64,000 nucleotides of DNA, taken from contig CAVTRY010000016.1 of NCBI GenBank assembly GCA_963737265.1, forward strand, positions 192,001-256,000, given 5' to 3'. Source of the DNA: an uncultured delta proteobacterium. Its GTDB lineage: Bacteria; Myxococcota_A; Polyangia; Fen-1088. This document shows positions 60,757 through 64,000 of the stretch, piece by piece. How positions within the stretch are numbered: position 1 is the stretch's first letter; each line of letters opens with the position of its first letter. The translations under genes were made by a program, and so were the position numbers. Under the pieces are notes generated by a model, which searched no databases, was not told where the DNA came from, and saw only the letters and a program-made list of their open reading frames with translations.

Positions 60757-61785
60757 ATGAAGACTATCGGATTGCTTGCTACTGCGGCAGTAACGCTGTG
60801 GAGTGCCTCGGGCACGGCACAGACCTTGGTGAACGGCGCGGGGGCCACGTTCCCATACCCGATCTATTCGAAGTGGTTCTACCAGTACCACAAGCTTCAC
60901 CCGGACATCCAGCTCAACTACCAGTCGATTGGCTCGGGCGGCGGCATCAAGCAAGCCACCGAAGGAACCGTCGACTTCGGGGCCAGCGACGGCCCGATGA
61001 ACGACGCGCAGTTGGCTGACTTCACCAAGAAACGTGGGTGTGGCGTGCTGCACTTCCCGACCGTGCTTGGTGCGGACGTGCCAACCTATAATATTCCCGG
61101 GCTCAAGACCGAGTTAAACTTCACGCCCGCGGCCCTAGCGGGAATTTTTCTTGGCCGCATCACCAAGTGGAATGACCCGGAGCTTGTGAAGCACAATCCG
61201 GGAGTCACGCTACCCAACCAGGACATCGTCGTGGTCCACCGTTCGGATGGAAGCGGAACCACCTACGTCTGGGTCGACTACCTTGCCAAGATCAGCGCCG
61301 AGTGGAAGAGCAAGGTCGGCGTGGGTACTTCGGTCAACTGGCCGGTCGGGCTGGGAGGCAAGGGGAACGAAGGCGTCTCAGGCCAGATTCGACAGACCGA
61401 CTATTCGATCGGGTACGTGGAGTTGGTCTATGCCGTGCAGAACAAGCTCAGCCACGGGAAGGTGCAAAATCAGGCCGGAAAGTTCGTGCGGGCCGATCTT
61501 GCGTCGGTCACGGCGGCGGCGGCCGGGGCCGCGAAGGCCATGCCCGAGGATTTCCGGGTTTCGATCACCAACGCACCCGGCGCCGAGTCCTATCCTGTCT
61601 CCAGCTTCACCTGGCTGCTCATCCCTTCCAAGATTTCCGATCCGAAAAAGCGAGAGATCTTGGTGGGCTTCCTCAAGTGGATGCTGCACGACGGACAGAA
61701 GATGACGGAGGCCCTCTCCTACGCCCAGCTTCCGCAGACGGTCATCGCCAAGGAAGAAAAGGCCATCGGGCTTATTCAACCGTGA
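60757..61785 (+). CDS. pstS: Phosphate ABC transporter substrate-binding protein
   Basis: GAGATFPYP, YQSIGSGGG, DFGASD, RSDGSGTT, GKGNEG. Confidence 0.97.
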   Translation: MKTIGLLATAAVTLWSASGTAQTLVNGAGATFPYPIYSKWFYQYHKLHPDIQLNYQSIGSGGGIKQATEGTVDFGASDGPMNDAQLADFTKKRGCGVLHFPTVLGADVPTYNIPGLKTELNFTPAALAGIFLGRITKWNDPELVKHNPGVTLPNQDIVVVHRSDGSGTTYVWVDYLAKISAEWKSKVGVGTSVNWPVGLGGKGNEGVSGQIRQTDYSIGYVELVYAVQNKLSHGKVQNQAGKFVRADLASVTAAAAGAAKAMPEDFRVSITNAPGAESYPVSSFTWLLIPSKISDPKKREILVGFLKWMLHDGQKMTEALSYAQLPQTVIAKEEKAIGLIQP

Positions 61786-62771
61786 CCAACGCGACCACCC
61801 CACTCGGAACCTCCCCGTCAACGGAGACGGGGGACGCTCGGACGAGCTTCGTCGCTCGCCTGCGCGATGGGGATCAGATTGCCCGCTTGGTCGTGTCGCT
61901 GGCCGCTGCGACCATCTTCCTAATCACCGCCGTCATTTTCGCCGAACTGGTCTTGCAGTCAAATCCGGCCAGGCACCAGTTCGGCTGGCGCTTCCTCATC
62001 ACCAGCACCTGGGATCCGGTCGCGGGGGACTTCGGGGCGCTGCCGTTCATCTACGGGACCATCGTGACCTCCGCGGTGGCCCTGGTCATCGCGGTTCCCC
62101 AAGGGGTGGCATCGGCCGTTTTCCTCGCCGAGCTGGCTCCGCGCCGACTTTCGGATGCGCTGACTTTCCTGATCGAGCTGCTCGCCGCGGTTCCAAGCGT
62201 CCTCTACGGACTGCTTGGGATCTTCATCGTCGTGCCGTTCCTGCAGCAACACGTGGTGCCTATCTTGAAGTCGACCCTGGGCTTTTTGCCCATCTTCTCG
62301 GGCGCCTTCTATGGCGTCAGCTACTTTTCCGCGGGCGTGGTTCTTTCGGTGATGGTCGTGCCCTTCATAGTCTCGGTTTCACGTGAAGTGCTCTTGGCGG
62401 TCCCGAGGGAGCAGCGAGAAGCGTCGCTGGCGCTCGGAGCCAGCCGCTGGCAGACCACCTGGCGAGTCGTATGGCCGAACGCCGCGCGCGGTATTCTCGG
62501 CTCGGTGTTCCTGGCGCTGGCGCGCGCCCTAGGGGAAACCATGGCGGTGACCATGGTCATCGGGAACACGCCGCGCATCTCGGCTTCGTTGCTGGCGCCG
62601 GGATACTCAATCGCCGCGGTCATCGCCAACGAGTTCACGGAAGCGACCGGCGACCTCTATCTCTCGGCGCTGATCGAGCTGGGGCTGGTTCTCTTCGCGG
62701 TGACCTTCATCATCAACGGCCTGGCCAGGATTCTGATCCTAGCGGCGTCCCGCAAATGGGTGGCGGCATGA
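61782..62771 (+). CDS. pstC: Phosphate ABC transporter permease
   Basis: WDPV..FGALPFIYGT, ELLAAVPSVLYG, ARALGETMAV. Confidence 0.96.
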   Translation: MTNATTPLGTSPSTETGDARTSFVARLRDGDQIARLVVSLAAATIFLITAVIFAELVLQSNPARHQFGWRFLITSTWDPVAGDFGALPFIYGTIVTSAVALVIAVPQGVASAVFLAELAPRRLSDALTFLIELLAAVPSVLYGLLGIFIVVPFLQQHVVPILKSTLGFLPIFSGAFYGVSYFSAGVVLSVMVVPFIVSVSREVLLAVPREQREASLALGASRWQTTWRVVWPNAARGILGSVFLALARALGETMAVTMVIGNTPRISASLLAPGYSIAAVIANEFTEATGDLYLSALIELGLVLFAVTFIINGLARILILAASRKWVAA

Positions 62772-63616
62772 TTTCCTTCGAGACCCGCAAAGCCGCGGCC
62801 AACGTCGCGATGGTTGTGGTGACCGGGCTTGCGGCCCTGGTGACAACGGGCACCCTGCTAGGGATTCTCGGCTACCTTGTCTGGCATGGGGCGCACAGCC
62901 TTAGCTTCACCTTCTTCACCGAGCTTCCGACTCCCGTTGGGGAAACCGGAGGTGGAATGGCGAACGCAATCGTGGGCAGCGCCAAGGTGCTAGCGCTGGC
63001 AACGCTTTTGGGGCTTCCCGTAGGGTTCCTTGGCGGCGTCTTTCTTTCCGAGTACGCCAGCGCGGGACCCGCCTTTGTTTTGCGCTACGTGACCGACCTG
63101 CTCAACGGTGTTCCCTCCATCGTGATCGGCATCGTCGCCTATGCACTCGTGGTCAGGCGTCTGGGGCACTTCTCCACCTTCGCGGGAGGCATCGCCCTTG
63201 GGGTAATGATGATTCCCATCGCGGTGAGGAGCGCCGAAGAATATCTTCACGCGGTTCCACAGATGCTTCGCGAGGGCGGGCTGGCGCTTGGAAGGCCGAA
63301 GTGGAGAGTCATCGCCACGGTGGTCATCCCCGCCGCATTCCGCGGCATCCTCTCGGGGGTCATGCTCGATTTGGCGCGAGTCGCTGGAGAAACCGCGCCG
63401 CTTTTGTTCACCGCCCTCAACAACCAATTCTGGAGCCCGGGATGGAATCAACCCACGGCCACCTTGCCAGTTATGATTTTCACCTACGCGATATCGCCCT
63501 ATCCAGATTGGCACCAACAGGCATGGGCTGCGGGCTTCGTCCTTCTGATGGTGATTCTGCTGGTCAACATCCTGGCCCGACTCACCCTCGCTCGCGGGCA
63601 CGCTGCCCATGGTTGA
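62768..63616 (+). CDS. pstA: Phosphate ABC transporter permease
   Basis: [33 protein letters not shown]. Confidence 0.96.
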   Translation: MISFETRKAAANVAMVVVTGLAALVTTGTLLGILGYLVWHGAHSLSFTFFTELPTPVGETGGGMANAIVGSAKVLALATLLGLPVGFLGGVFLSEYASAGPAFVLRYVTDLLNGVPSIVIGIVAYALVVRRLGHFSTFAGGIALGVMMIPIAVRSAEEYLHAVPQMLREGGLALGRPKWRVIATVVIPAAFRGILSGVMLDLARVAGETAPLLFTALNNQFWSPGWNQPTATLPVMIFTYAISPYPDWHQQAWAAGFVLLMVILLVNILARLTLARGHAAHG

Positions 63617-63662
63617 TGACCTTGATGAGCCGCCCTCACACGCCAACGGAGATCTCGCTGCC

Positions 63663-64000
63663 ATGACCGATCCTCTCGCACCGCAAATCGAACCGGGCCC
63701 CGCGCCCGCCAAGGATCATTCTCGTGAAGGCTCCGATCCGGCCCGTGGTATCGTGGTTTCTTCGCTCAGTTTCTACTACGGCCAGACCCAGGCGCTCTTC
63801 GGCATCGATATCTCGTTTCCTTCGAAGAAAGTATCGGCGCTTATCGGGCCGTCGGGATGTGGCAAGTCCACGTTTCTTCGTACCCTGAATCGCATGAACG
63901 AGACGGTGAAAGGCGTGCGTTGCGAAGGTAGCGTCACGCTGGACGGGCAGGACATCTTCAAGTGCGATGTCAACAAGCTCCGTCGCCGGGTCGGAATGGT
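63663..64000 (+). CDS. pstB: Phosphate ABC transporter ATPase, runs off the window (alternative start 63609)
   Basis: Manual translation: [37 protein letters not shown]. Confidence 0.93.
   Translation, partial: MTDPLAPQIEPGPAPAKDHSREGSDPARGIVVSSLSFYYGQTQALFGIDISFPSKKVSALIGPSGCGKSTFLRTLNRMNETVKGVRCEGSVTLDGQDIFKCDVNKLRRRVGM

Overview
High-GC bacterial window, most likely Myxococcota (Polyangia-like). This is inferred from Gly/Thr-rich lipoprotein linkers, Cys-rich and fibro-slime proteins and a myxobacterial-type T3SS ATPase module. Left to right it holds: a GT-C-like/TPR membrane protein; lipoprotein CAZymes (GH116, GH43, GH5) with Cys-rich and fibro-slime proteins; DUF899; a DUF6057 + PD40 beta-propeller pair broken by an ISAs1; a scrambled sigma54 region; a second PD40/TPR propeller; an MFS-spermidine-synthase fusion broken by an IS4; DUF1801, two PPIases and a six-hairpin glycosidase; two near-identical ISKra4/ISLre2-type elements. 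Next is a ~15 kb envelope cluster, the best candidate for an uncharacterised system: two SBP-OmpA fusions, ABC permease and ATPase, PspA/IM30, a classic-clade AAA ATPase, TerB-like and coiled-coil proteins, and an alkaline phosphatase. After it come HIT, T3SS sctN/sctL/sctK-like genes split by debris, an L,D-transpeptidase and a metallophosphoesterase. The window ends in a Pho-box-controlled island (NPP-family lipoprotein, porin, pstSCAB). No rRNA, tRNA or CRISPR array was seen. All family calls come from motif recognition by eye; no database searches were run.
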